Assembly: GCA_963822965.1 (NCBI GenBank)
Contig: CAWGJT010000006.1
Location: forward strand, 904,609-968,608
Origin: an uncultured delta proteobacterium
Lineage (GTDB): Bacteria > Myxococcota_A > UBA9160 > UBA4427
Length of the DNA stretch: 64,000 nt
Direction: 5' to 3'
The notes beneath the pieces were generated by a model that did not search any database, had not been told where the DNA came from, and worked only from the letters and a program-made list of their open reading frames with translations. Each line of letters begins with the position of its first letter. Position 1 is the first letter of the stretch. Shown one piece after another: positions 9,196 to 18,998 of this stretch. The position numbers and the translations under genes were made by a program.

Positions 9196-12100
9196 TTGAC
9201 TTCGAATCTCGAGCGCAACGCCGCGGCCCTGGCAGCCGATTCCGGCGACGCGCGCGCCTTCGCGGCACTCGAGGAGGAGTACTTCCTCGCGGCGGATTGG
9301 GAGAAGCTGGTCGCCCTCTACCGGCAGCGACTCGAGGATCCGCAGCTCGAGGGCGACGAGCGCTCCTCCTTCCACTGCCGCCTCGGGCAGATCCTGGAGG
9401 AGCGCTGCCTCGACATCGATCTGGCCATCGCGGAGTACACCGCGGCGATCCGCCTCCGCCCGACCGACCGCCTCGCCCTGCGACAGCTGCGCCAGGTGCA
9501 CGCCCGCCGCGAAGCGTGGGACCTGGTGCTGCAGATCGCGGAGCTCGAGATCGAGACCCTGCACGAGCCCTACGAGCGCGCGGTCTTCTTCGCCGAGATG
9601 GGCGACGTGTGGCTGCGTCGCATCCACGACAACAACGAGGCGATGACCTGCTTCGAGCAGGCCCTCGCCATCGACCCGCGCCAGAAGGAGGCGTTGGCCG
9701 GTCTGGCGCGCACCCTCGAGGCCCAGGGGAACGTCGAGGCGGCGGCCGCCACCTGGGAGCGGCTGATCGGCTGCGTACGCGGCCCCGACCGGGCGGCCCC
9801 CCTGGTCGCGCTGGCTTCGCTGCTGTCGGGCCCGCTGAACCAGGGAGAGCGCGCCGTCGAGCTCTACCGGCGCGCGCTCAGCGACGATCCCCGCAACGAG
9901 GCCGCCGTCGAGGCGCTCTCGGTCTCGGCCGGCGCGCGCGGCCAGTGGGAGCTGCTGGGCGACCTCTTCGAGAGACGCTTCCGGCTGGCGGCGGGCGCCA
10001 GACGACGGACCGCGATCGCCCTCGAGGCCGGCTACATGCAGCTCGAACGCCTCGACAACCACGAGGCGGCGCGCATCTGGTTCGAGCGCGCCCGGGAGAT
10101 GTCCGGCGAGGACGTGACGGTGCTCACCGCCTTCATCGACCTGGAGCGGAAGGCGGACGACGCCGCGAGTCTGGTCGCAGCGATCGACCAGCTGGTGCGA
10201 GCCGTCGGCGGCGCCGCACCGCTCGGTCTGCTGCTCGAGGCCGCGAGCCTGCACACCGATCGCGGTGACGACGAGAAGGCGCTGGCGCACCTCGAGCTCG
10301 CCGCACGAAAGTGTCCCGAGGATCCGCTGGTCCTCGAGGGGCTCGCCACCACGTACTCCAACCTGCTCCGCCCGGACGATCTCGCCGCGGTGCTCGAGCG
10401 ACGGGCGGCCCTTTGTCCGGACGATCCGGAGGCGCAGGCCGGCGCGTTCGCCGAGCTCGGTCACGTGCAGGCCACCCAGCTCGAGGATCTCGCGGCCGCG
10501 CAGGACGCCTACGAGCGCGCCTTCGCGGCGATGCCGTCCATGCCCGGCGTGGCCAGCGCCCTCGAGGGCCTGTACCGGAAGACCGAGAGCTTCGACGCCC
10601 TGCGCAAGCTGCTCGAGCGCGCCACCGAAGCGGCTCCTCCCTCCGAGCGCTGCGGCTACTACTGCTCGCTCGGCGAGCTGCTGGAGGAGCACTTCTCCCA
10701 GCCCGACGACAGCGCCGCCTGCTTCGAGGCGGCCCTGCAGCTGCGGCCCAAGACGACCCGGGCGCTGCGAGGGCTGGCGCGGCTGGCGGAGCGCTCGGGC
10801 GATTCCGGCGCGATGATCCGGGCGCTCGAACGCGAGGCGGACGTCTGCGGGGACGAGCAGCGCCTGGGCGAGATCGCCTACGAGCTGGCCAGCCGTCATG
10901 GCGCGCACGACGACCTCGAGACCGCCCTGACGTGGGCGGAACGGGCGCTCGGTACCGCTCCCCGGGAACGCCGCTACCTCGAGGGCCTGGCAGCGCTCCA
11001 GGAACGGCTGGGACGCGACGACGACCTGACGCGAACGCTCATCCGTCTCGAGGACGTGATCGACGACGTCGAGCACGCGGCCGTCCGGCGGCGGATCGCC
11101 GGGCTCCTCGAACGGAGCGGCAACGGCGAACGCGCCCTCTCCTACTGGGAAGCGGCGCTCGAGAGCGAGCCCGACGACCTCGAGAGTCTCGCGGCCCTGC
11201 GGCGCTACTACAGCGACCTGAACCGCTCGGAGGATCTGGCGCCGGTCCTGCGCAAGCTCGCCGAACGGTCGCCGGAGTCCGAGCAGACGGGCTACCTCGA
11301 CGAGCTCGCGCGGCTCCTCGACGAGCAGCTCTGCGACTTCGACGGCGCGATCGTGGTGCTGTGGCGCCTCGCGAATCTGCCGGACCGGCCGGAGGGCGTG
11401 CGCGCCCGGCTCGAGGGGCTGCTCGAACGCGCGGGCCGCTTCGAAGAGCTCGCCCAGCAGCTCCTCGAGAGTCGTCGCGGGCTCCCCGCCGACAGCCCGG
11501 AAGCGATCGACCTCGAGCTCCGGCGCGCGGCGCTGCTGCTCGATCCGCTGGGCCGCTTCGAGGAGGCGGCCCACGCCTTCCGGGAGGTCCGCCGGCGCGC
11601 CCCGGACCGCAGCGAGGCGACCGCGGGACTCGAGCGGGCCCTGCGAGCCGACGGGGACGCGATCGGCCTGTCCGGCCTGCTGGGCGAGATGGCCGAAGCC
11701 GCGAGCGACCCGGAACGCCGGGACCGGCTGCACTTCGAGCGAGCCGTGCTCCTCGAGGAATCCCTCGGCGAGCTCGAGCAGGCCCGACAGGTCTACACGG
11801 CACTGTGCACCGACGAGACGACCGCGGGCGTCGCCGAGCAGGCCGGCTCGCGGCTCGAGAGCCTGCTCGAACGCTGCGGCAACTGGACGTGTCTCCGCGA
11901 GCGACTCGAGCACGCCCTGGCGAGAGCCGCGGATGCCGACCAGCGCGCGCTCCACGAACGCATCGCCAGCCTGTGCGCGGATCGCCTGGGCGACCAGCAG
12001 GGATGCGCGCTGCACCTGGAAGCCGCCGGAAGACTCGAGCCCGAGCGGCCCGAGCCGTGGCGACGGCTGGCGACGCTGTACCAGGAGCTCGACCGTCCGG

Positions 12101-15100
12101 ACGACCTGCTGCGGGTCACCGAGGCCGAGCTGGCGAGCGGTCCGGACGCCGAGCGCGAGCGCGTACTGCACGCCCGGGCCGCGGCCCTGTGGGTCGCCCG
12201 CCCGGGCGAGGACGAACGGGCCTGCGAGCACTACGAGCGCCTGCTCGAGCTCGAGCCGGGACGCTCGGACGCCACCGGCTTCCTGGTGGCGCGCTACGAG
12301 GCGGCGAATCGATTCGCCGACGTGGTCCGGCTCCTCGAGGATCGTCTCGCCGCGGTGTCGTCCGAACAGGCGACGGCTCCGGGAGAGGACGAAGACCCGG
12401 ATCGCGGCCTCCAGACCTCGCTGCGGCTGCGCATCGCGGCTCTGCGGGCGGGCGAGCTGGCAGACCCCGAGGGCGCGATCCGCATGCTCGAGCCGGCACT
12501 CGCCGACGGTGGCCCCTCGGGCCCCGCCGCGCAGCCCCTGGCCGACCTCTACACGCACACCGGAGCCAACGAACGACTGATCCGGCTGTGCGAGGAGGCC
12601 GCGGCATCCTGCGAGCCCGGTGCGGAGCGCGCCCGCTGGCAGCTGCGCCTCGCCGGGTGCCTGCGAGCCGAGGGCGACGTGGCCGGCGCCGCTCTCGCCT
12701 ACCGCGAGGTGCTCGACCAGCACCCGCACGACGAGGACGCCTACGCGGCGCTCTGCGATCTCTATCGCCAGGAGGGACAGGCGGGCCCCCTGGCGGAGCT
12801 GCTCGAAGCCTCCCTCGGACGGGCCTCCCAGGCGGACGAGGTGGCGATCCGGATGGAGCTCGCCGCGCTGTGCGAGGAGCGCCTCTCGAACCCGACGGCT
12901 GCATTCGCGCACCTGCGGCGGGTGATCGGGATCGAGGGCGACCACGAAGGCGCGTTCGAGCGTTCCCTGCGGCTGGCCGGGAGCCTGCAGCGCCATGAGG
13001 AGCAGCTCGAGCTGATCGATCGGCGCCTGGAGCTGCGTCTCTCCGCGGCCCAGCGCATCGACCTGCTCGAGCGCCGCGCGGATCTCCTGGCGGGGCCCAT
13101 CGGCGCTCCGGAGGCGGCCGTCGGCGCCTATCGCGAGGTGATCGCCCTCGATCCCACGCGGCGCAGCGCGCGCGCGTCGCTTCGCGACGTGCTGGAGGCC
13201 CTGGGCCGTTGGAGCGCCGTGCTCGACTGCCTCTACCTCGACGCAGACAGCGCCGAGCCCGACGAGAAGGCCGCGATCTACGAAAGCGCCGTCGAGGTGG
13301 CCACCGTCCACGTGGGGCAGGATGCGGCCCTACCGTGGCTCGAGCGCCTTCGCGCCGTGCGGCCGCAGGACCCGCTGGTCGTCGCGCGCATCGCCGACGT
13401 CCATCGACGGGCGGGCCGCTTCGAGTCCGTGCTGCGAGCCATCGAAGACGAGCTCGCTCTGACGACCGACCCGGCGCGCCTGCGCGACCTGCACTTGGGA
13501 CGCGCGCGCATCCTCGAACGCGACATGCAGGCCCCCGGGCGTGCGATCTCCGCGCTCGAGGCGGCACACGAGCTCGACCCGCAGCACCCCGAGATCCTGC
13601 GGCGGCTCGACGAGCTGTACGACGTCGCGGGACGTGCCCGCGAGCGCGTGGCCATCGTGGAGGCTCGCATCGAGATCGGTGAGGCGCCGTTGGAGCTGCA
13701 CCTGACCGCGGCGCGTCTCTACTCGGAAGCCCTGGCGGAGCCCGCGCAGGCCATTCCCCATCTGCTGCGCGCGGTGCTCCTCACGCGGGTGCTGCAGGGT
13801 GGCGTGGACAGCGGTCCGGTGTCGACGCCCGCAGCCCGAGCCGCGCTGCTGGCGGAGCTCGGGTCGACCCTGCGCGCCGCCGGACGCGAGGAGGCCTGGG
13901 CACGAGCCGCCGAGGCCGAGCTGCGGGTGCTCCAGGCGGACCTTCGCGACCACCCGGCGGAGAGCGCGGCCCCTGACTCTCGCCCCGAACGAAGCGACGA
14001 GCTGCGCCGCAACCTCGCATGGAGCTACGCGAACGATCTGGCCGATCACGGAGGCGCGCTGCGCCACATGCGAGCCCTGATCGACGCGTGGCCGAGAGGC
14101 GGGCCCCGTCGCGACGACCTCGAGCGAATCGAGCAGCGCTACCTCGACCTGCTGCGCGGGGACGCCAACTGGGTCGAGCTCGAGAGCCGGCTCGCCGGGC
14201 GACTGGCGCGCGGCACCGAGAGCCTGGAAGAGTGGCTGGAGCTCGCTCGCCTGCGCGACGAGCGACTGCACGCGCCCCGAGCGGCCCTCGCGGCCTACGA
14301 GCGCGCGCTGGCCCTGCGGCCCTCCTCCCTGGGCGCGATCCGGGGCCTGCGCGATCTCGCCGAGCGGCTCGCCGACTGGCCCGCGGCGGCGCGCAGCCTC
14401 GAGCTCGAGCTGGCCCTGCAAGGACGCTGGTCCCCGCGCGAACGGGGCGCGCTCTCGCGACGCCTCGGCGAGATCGCCTGGCACCGCCTGGGCGACCCGG
14501 AGCGCGCCGAGAACGCCTACCGGGCGGCGCTCGACGCGGACCCGAACGACCTCGACGCCCTGCGCGCGCTCGAGCACCTGCACGAGACGCGGGGAAGCTG
14601 GGCGTCGGCGGCCGAGCTCTACGAACGCGAGGCGGAGCTCCTCGGCGACGAAGAGCCCGAGCGCTGCAAGCAGGCGTGGCTTCTGTTCGCGGACATCTCG
14701 CAACGGCACCTCGCCGACCCCCGCCGCGCGCTCCGCGGCTACGAGCAGGCGGCCGAGATCTCCCCGCTGGCCCTGGCCGACCGCCTGGCTCGCGCCGAGC
14801 TGTACCAGAGCCTCGGCGAGATGGCGCGCTTCGCAGAGGTCTACGCCAGCTGGTGTGACGACCCGGGTGCGGGCGCGAGCTGCGACGAACACCTCGCACT
14901 GATGGAGGTGCTGAGCGATCTCGGACGTGCGGACGACGCCCTCGCGCGGGCGCGCATCGCCGTCGAGATCGACGACCGCCACCCGGCGGCCTGGAGCGCC
15001 CTCGCGCGTCTGCTGCGCGATCGCGGCCGGCTTTGCGAGGCGGCGGACGCCTGGGAGACGGCCGGCGAGCTGCGCGTGGGGCGCGAGGCGGCTCTCGACC

Positions 15101-17175
15101 TCCAGGAAGCCGCGCTGCTCGTGGAGGAGAGCGACCGCGAGGCGTGCATTCGGCGGCTGCGACGAGCCGTCGAGCGGGACGCCGGCTCGCTGCTCGCCCG
15201 GGCACACCTGGCACGGGTCGCCGCCGCCCTGGGTCGCTTCGAGGAGGCCGAAGAAGCGGCGGGACGGGCGCTCGACCTCGAGGCGGGCGACGAGGAGACG
15301 GCGCTCGGCGACGATCTCCGTCTCGCCACGGCCCTCGTCGGCGGGCGCGCCGCCCGGACCCGGGATCGAATCGAGGCGGCCATCCTCTTCTACGGCGCGG
15401 CACTCGACCTCGCCCCGGAGAACACCGAGGCCCTCGAGGCCCGCGGTGCGCTGCTCTTCGAACGCGGGGATCTGGCCGCCGCGCGCGAGGCGCTCGAGGC
15501 CCGCATCGAGCAGGGAGCGGACGCGGGACACGCGGAGCGCCTCGCCATGCTGGGCAGCGTGCTCGAGCTGGCGGGCGAGACCGACGCCGCGATCGAGCGC
15601 TTCACCGACGCCGTCGCCGCCGACGCGCTCTGCGGCGCCGGCCACGCGGGGCTCGCGCGGCTCGCCCAGAAGGCCGGGCGCATCGACGAGGCCATCGCCG
15701 CGCTGGTGGGCTGGGCGGAGGCCGCTCGGGCGGACGACGATCGCGTGAGCTGCGGCGCGCGCCTGCTGCGCGCGGCGGAGATCGAGATGGGCCACGACCG
15801 CCTGGACGCGGCCGAGTCACACCTCCAGCAGGCCCTGCAGGCCGACCCCCAGAACGTTCGGGCCTGGGTGCTGCGGGCGGAGATCCTGGCCGACGCGGAT
15901 CGCATCGACGATCTGCTGGGGATGGTGCCGGAAGCCCTGAGCCAGGAGGCGGTCCTGGGTGTCGCGGACGGCGTCGCGCGTCTCTCGTTGCTGTACGCCC
16001 GGGCCCTCGAGCAACGGGGAGAGGCTGCGAGCGCTTGTGAAGCCTACGCGGAGGCCCAGGGGCACGATTCGCGCTGCGCCGAGGCCGCCCTCGCTCGGGC
16101 TCGCCTGCTGCGCGGGCGCGGCGAATGGAACGAGGCCGCCACGGTCCTGCGAGATTTCTGCGACGAACACCCGGAGCCCGACCATCGATCCCTGGCCGAC
16201 GCGCAGTACAAGCTGGCGCGGCTGCTCTCGGGTCCGCTCGAAGACATGGAAGGCGCCATCCGGTGCTTCACCCGCGCCCTCGAGATCGCTCCGGATCACC
16301 CGAAGGCCCGCAGACCCCTGGCCAGCCTGCTCGCCGTGCTTCCGGACCGCTGGGACGAGGCCATCGTCCACCACGCCGCGATCCTCGACGTGGATCCTGC
16401 GAGCAGCGTCTCGTACCGCGCCCTGCTGGAGATCGCCCGCGGACGCGGTCAGGAGGAGGTGGTCCGATTCGGGCTCGCGGTGCTCCGGGCGCTCGGCACC
16501 GCCTCGCCGGGAGAGCGAGCCGAGGCGGCCACCTGCCTGCCGCGACCCATCGTCACGACGCCGGCCCTCGAGGATCCGATCGGCGAGATCGCACGAAGGC
16601 TCGTGCAGCACGCCGCCGAGGCGCTGGAGCAGGTGCTGCCCGGAGACCCCGACGGCCCCGGCCCCCACGACTTCGGCGCACGGCTGCAGGCGGCGGAGCG
16701 CGAGGTCTGCGCGGTCGGGCTCGAGCGGCTCTCCGACGCCGAGGTGCGCGGGCTCCTCGAGGCGCTCGCCACGCTGGCCCTGGGCGACGACACGGACCAG
16801 CCCGCCGCGGAGAGCGGACTCGACGCCGATCTGCTGCGCGGGCTCGAGCGCACCCTCGGGCGCTGGTCGCGCCGCAAGATGAGGCGGGTCCTCGACGGCA
16901 CGACGCTCCACCAGATCCGGGCGATCGATCCCGAACGCTGGCGCAGCGAGGTGTGGGGCCTGGCCGCGGCGGTGGCCGTCGACCTGGCGCACGGCGATCT
17001 CCGACAGGGGCTCGCCTGGCTGTGCCGCGACGTCGGCGCTCCGGAGGCGATCGGCGACAACGATGACCTCACGGCGCGGATCAACGGATGTCCGCCGGCT
17101 CGTGAGCTGCTGCGATTCGTGGCGGCGGGCTGGTGTCAGGAGCTCGCGAGACCCGACCGACCGAGGAGGGCCTGA
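9196..17175 (+). CDS. Giant (~2660 aa) tetratricopeptide-repeat protein of myxobacterial type
   Basis: TTG at 9196 after GGAGGGGG; uninterrupted ~8-kb ORF with dozens of TPR-like helix pairs (e.g. AVELYRRALSDDPRNEAAVEAL); no signal peptide seen. Confidence 0.9.
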   Translation: MTSNLERNAAALAADSGDARAFAALEEEYFLAADWEKLVALYRQRLEDPQLEGDERSSFHCRLGQILEERCLDIDLAIAEYTAAIRLRPTDRLALRQLRQVHARREAWDLVLQIAELEIETLHEPYERAVFFAEMGDVWLRRIHDNNEAMTCFEQALAIDPRQKEALAGLARTLEAQGNVEAAAATWERLIGCVRGPDRAAPLVALASLLSGPLNQGERAVELYRRALSDDPRNEAAVEALSVSAGARGQWELLGDLFERRFRLAAGARRRTAIALEAGYMQLERLDNHEAARIWFERAREMSGEDVTVLTAFIDLERKADDAASLVAAIDQLVRAVGGAAPLGLLLEAASLHTDRGDDEKALAHLELAARKCPEDPLVLEGLATTYSNLLRPDDLAAVLERRAALCPDDPEAQAGAFAELGHVQATQLEDLAAAQDAYERAFAAMPSMPGVASALEGLYRKTESFDALRKLLERATEAAPPSERCGYYCSLGELLEEHFSQPDDSAACFEAALQLRPKTTRALRGLARLAERSGDSGAMIRALEREADVCGDEQRLGEIAYELASRHGAHDDLETALTWAERALGTAPRERRYLEGLAALQERLGRDDDLTRTLIRLEDVIDDVEHAAVRRRIAGLLERSGNGERALSYWEAALESEPDDLESLAALRRYYSDLNRSEDLAPVLRKLAERSPESEQTGYLDELARLLDEQLCDFDGAIVVLWRLANLPDRPEGVRARLEGLLERAGRFEELAQQLLESRRGLPADSPEAIDLELRRAALLLDPLGRFEEAAHAFREVRRRAPDRSEATAGLERALRADGDAIGLSGLLGEMAEAASDPERRDRLHFERAVLLEESLGELEQARQVYTALCTDETTAGVAEQAGSRLESLLERCGNWTCLRERLEHALARAADADQRALHERIASLCADRLGDQQGCALHLEAAGRLEPERPEPWRRLATLYQELDRPDDLLRVTEAELASGPDAERERVLHARAAALWVARPGEDERACEHYERLLELEPGRSDATGFLVARYEAANRFADVVRLLEDRLAAVSSEQATAPGEDEDPDRGLQTSLRLRIAALRAGELADPEGAIRMLEPALADGGPSGPAAQPLADLYTHTGANERLIRLCEEAAASCEPGAERARWQLRLAGCLRAEGDVAGAALAYREVLDQHPHDEDAYAALCDLYRQEGQAGPLAELLEASLGRASQADEVAIRMELAALCEERLSNPTAAFAHLRRVIGIEGDHEGAFERSLRLAGSLQRHEEQLELIDRRLELRLSAAQRIDLLERRADLLAGPIGAPEAAVGAYREVIALDPTRRSARASLRDVLEALGRWSAVLDCLYLDADSAEPDEKAAIYESAVEVATVHVGQDAALPWLERLRAVRPQDPLVVARIADVHRRAGRFESVLRAIEDELALTTDPARLRDLHLGRARILERDMQAPGRAISALEAAHELDPQHPEILRRLDELYDVAGRARERVAIVEARIEIGEAPLELHLTAARLYSEALAEPAQAIPHLLRAVLLTRVLQGGVDSGPVSTPAARAALLAELGSTLRAAGREEAWARAAEAELRVLQADLRDHPAESAAPDSRPERSDELRRNLAWSYANDLADHGGALRHMRALIDAWPRGGPRRDDLERIEQRYLDLLRGDANWVELESRLAGRLARGTESLEEWLELARLRDERLHAPRAALAAYERALALRPSSLGAIRGLRDLAERLADWPAAARSLELELALQGRWSPRERGALSRRLGEIAWHRLGDPERAENAYRAALDADPNDLDALRALEHLHETRGSWASAAELYEREAELLGDEEPERCKQAWLLFADISQRHLADPRRALRGYEQAAEISPLALADRLARAELYQSLGEMARFAEVYASWCDDPGAGASCDEHLALMEVLSDLGRADDALARARIAVEIDDRHPAAWSALARLLRDRGRLCEAADAWETAGELRVGREAALDLQEAALLVEESDREACIRRLRRAVERDAGSLLARAHLARVAAALGRFEEAEEAAGRALDLEAGDEETALGDDLRLATALVGGRAARTRDRIEAAILFYGAALDLAPENTEALEARGALLFERGDLAAAREALEARIEQGADAGHAERLAMLGSVLELAGETDAAIERFTDAVAADALCGAGHAGLARLAQKAGRIDEAIAALVGWAEAARADDDRVSCGARLLRAAEIEMGHDRLDAAESHLQQALQADPQNVRAWVLRAEILADADRIDDLLGMVPEALSQEAVLGVADGVARLSLLYARALEQRGEAASACEAYAEAQGHDSRCAEAALARARLLRGRGEWNEAATVLRDFCDEHPEPDHRSLADAQYKLARLLSGPLEDMEGAIRCFTRALEIAPDHPKARRPLASLLAVLPDRWDEAIVHHAAILDVDPASSVSYRALLEIARGRGQEEVVRFGLAVLRALGTASPGERAEAATCLPRPIVTTPALEDPIGEIARRLVQHAAEALEQVLPGDPDGPGPHDFGARLQAAEREVCAVGLERLSDAEVRGLLEALATLALGDDTDQPAAESGLDADLLRGLERTLGRWSRRKMRRVLDGTTLHQIRAIDPERWRSEVWGLAAAVAVDLAHGDLRQGLAWLCRDVGAPEAIGDNDDLTARINGCPPARELLRFVAAGWCQELARPDRPRRA

Positions 17176-17513
17176 TGGCACGCTCGAACGAAAACCATCG
17201 ACGCCACCGGCGGCAGACCGTCCGCATCCTGGTCGACTATCGCTCGGACCGGGGAACGCGCTGCGACTACGCGACCACCCTGGGCGCGGGCGGCCTCTTC
17301 ATCGAGTGCGAGGAGCCCCTGCCCGCCGGCACCGTCGTGAAGCTCCGCTTCCGGCTTCCCCAGAGCGACGCCCTGCACGAGCTCGAGGGCCGCGTCACCT
17401 GGAAGCGGGACGGACGGACGGGCAGCCGCTCGGTGGCCCCCGGGATGGGCGTCCAGTTCACCAACCCCGGCGCCACCGGCGCCCTGGCCCGCGAGCTGGA
17501 CCACCTCGACTGA
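17175..17513 (+). CDS. PilZ-domain protein (TIGR02266-like)
   Basis: RRHRR, TTLGAGGLFI, GTVVKLRFRLP, GMGVQF; TGATG coupling to the TPR gene. Confidence 0.85.
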   Translation: MARSNENHRRHRRQTVRILVDYRSDRGTRCDYATTLGAGGLFIECEEPLPAGTVVKLRFRLPQSDALHELEGRVTWKRDGRTGSRSVAPGMGVQFTNPGATGALARELDHLD

Positions 17514-17572
17514 CCGCGCGCTCGCCACCCGGCCCGAGCGACCCGCCCCGAGCGACCGAAGCCGGCCGCGGC

Positions 17573-18616
17573 TCAGGCCGGGGCGACGGAGTCGGTCGGA
17601 ACGCCGACGGGCGGCGCGGGTGCGGGCTCTCCCACGAGCTTCCATGCGTCGGTCCGGGCGCAGAGCTCCCGGAGCAGGGCCAGATGGAGCCCGTGTCCGC
17701 CCCGCTCCACGTGCACGTGACCGCGTACGGGATGGCCGAGCAGCGCGAGATCTCCCAACAGGTCGAGCAGCTTGTGGCGCACGAACTCGTCGGCCCAGCG
17801 CAGACCTCCCTCGTTCATCACCCCTTCGTCGTCGAGCACGACCGTATTGGCGAGAGAGGCTCCGCGCGCGAGCCCCACCCGACGCAGGGCATCCACCTGC
17901 GCGAGGAACCCGAAGGTGCGTGCCCGCGCGAGCTCGGCCTGGAAGAAGGTGGGGGTGACGTCGGCGACCTCGAGACACTGTCGTCCGATGACGGGATGGT
18001 CGAAGTCCACGGAGTACGAGACGGAGAACCGGCGTGCCGGCTCGATCCGCAGTCGGCGACGCGGATCGCCGGGATCGACCACCTCGACCGGGCGTCGGAT
18101 GCGGATCACCCGGCGCGGCACGGGCTGCGCGATGGTGCCCGTCGATCGGATCAGATAGTCGAAGGGCTCGGCGCTGCCGTCCATGACCGGGATCTCCGGT
18201 CCGTCGACCTCCACCCGCACGTTGTCGACGCCTCGGCAGGCGAGAACGGCGAGCAGGTGCTCGACGGTCCCCACGCTGTAACCGTCCCCGGCGTCGCACG
18301 CGGAATCACCGGGGGTGTCACTCGAGGACACAGCCGGGGCGTCGCAGGAGGACACAGCCGAAGTGGCGCGCGAGGACACAGCCGGGGCATCACCAGCCGG
18401 CAGAGCCGCCCGCGCGGAGAGCGTCGTCGCGTTCGCCGTGGAGCAGACGTACTCGGCGCGCGCAGGGATCATCACGTCGCCCCCGGCTCGCCTTCGCACG
18501 AAGACGATCCCCGTGTCCGGCGCGGCCGGGGAGAGGACCAGCTCCACCGGCGCGCCCGTGTGGAGGCCGATCCCCGTGCAGGTGATCCTTCCCGCGATGG
18601 TTCGCTGCTTCGGCAC
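17573..18616 (-). CDS. lpxC: UDP-3-O-acyl-GlcNAc deacetylase with a repeat-derived insertion
   Basis: KQRTI, GIGLHTG, TVEHLLA, EIPVMDGSA, ARTFGF, RHKLLDLLGDL, GGHGLH. Confidence 0.96.
   Translation of the reverse strand: MPKQRTIAGRITCTGIGLHTGAPVELVLSPAAPDTGIVFVRRRAGGDVMIPARAEYVCSTANATTLSARAALPAGDAPAVSSRATSAVSSCDAPAVSSSDTPGDSACDAGDGYSVGTVEHLLAVLACRGVDNVRVEVDGPEIPVMDGSAEPFDYLIRSTGTIAQPVPRRVIRIRRPVEVVDPGDPRRRLRIEPARRFSVSYSVDFDHPVIGRQCLEVADVTPTFFQAELARARTFGFLAQVDALRRVGLARGASLANTVVLDDEGVMNEGGLRWADEFVRHKLLDLLGDLALLGHPVRGHVHVERGGHGLHLALLRELCARTDAWKLVGEPAPAPPVGVPTDSVAPA
18324..18388. repeat. 24-bp tandem repeat, three copies, inside lpxC
   Basis: GAGGACACAGCCG at 18324, 18348 and 18372; encodes APAVSS/SAVSS units. 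Confidence 0.9.
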
Positions 18617-18789
18617 GCGTACTCTCCCAGCCGGCCCCCGACCGGACGCGGCGGGAGGTTAGCCCCACCGCCCGGGAGCCGCCGCGCCCGACGCGCCATG
18701 GCCGCGGGCTGCGAACGCCGCCCCCCTCTTGCTGTGCCTGCGAATTCCCGAGACCTCGTCCTGGGCGGCGCTCCTCTCCTAGCAAGCTA

Positions 18790-18816
18790 GCCCTGATCCG
18801 CCATACGGATCAGGGC
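18790..18816. other. Perfect 11-bp hairpin between the kinase gene and lpxC
   Basis: GCCCTGATCCG-CCATA-CGGATCAGGGC; no U tract on either side. Confidence 0.6.
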
Positions 18817-18998
18817 GCGACTCCCAATGCTGTTCGGATTCACGCGGCTACTCGGTCCGTGCCGCGACCCGAGTCCGGCACCAGGATCTCACGACGATGA
18901 GGTTGTCGCGCTCAGGCTGATTCGAGCGATCTCGCGGGATCCGCAAGGGCTGACGGGCTCTGCGGCACGCGAGAAGCTCGAGGAATGACGCATTGGGG

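Noticed and set aside
1799..15795. Long shadow ORFs (1799..5479 +, 9091..13311 -, 13330..15795 -; likewise 18993..21968, 23271..25739, 52881..57065)
   Set aside because: They overlap well-supported genes, are R/A/G/P-rich or mirror-frame, and are expected from stop-codon scarcity at high GC.
18892..18963. Fluoride (crcB) riboswitch resemblance: CGACGATGAGGTTGTCG ... GCTGACGGGCTCTGC
   Set aside because: The pseudoknot would contain a G-G mismatch, the spacing is too long, and no plus-strand gene lies downstream.
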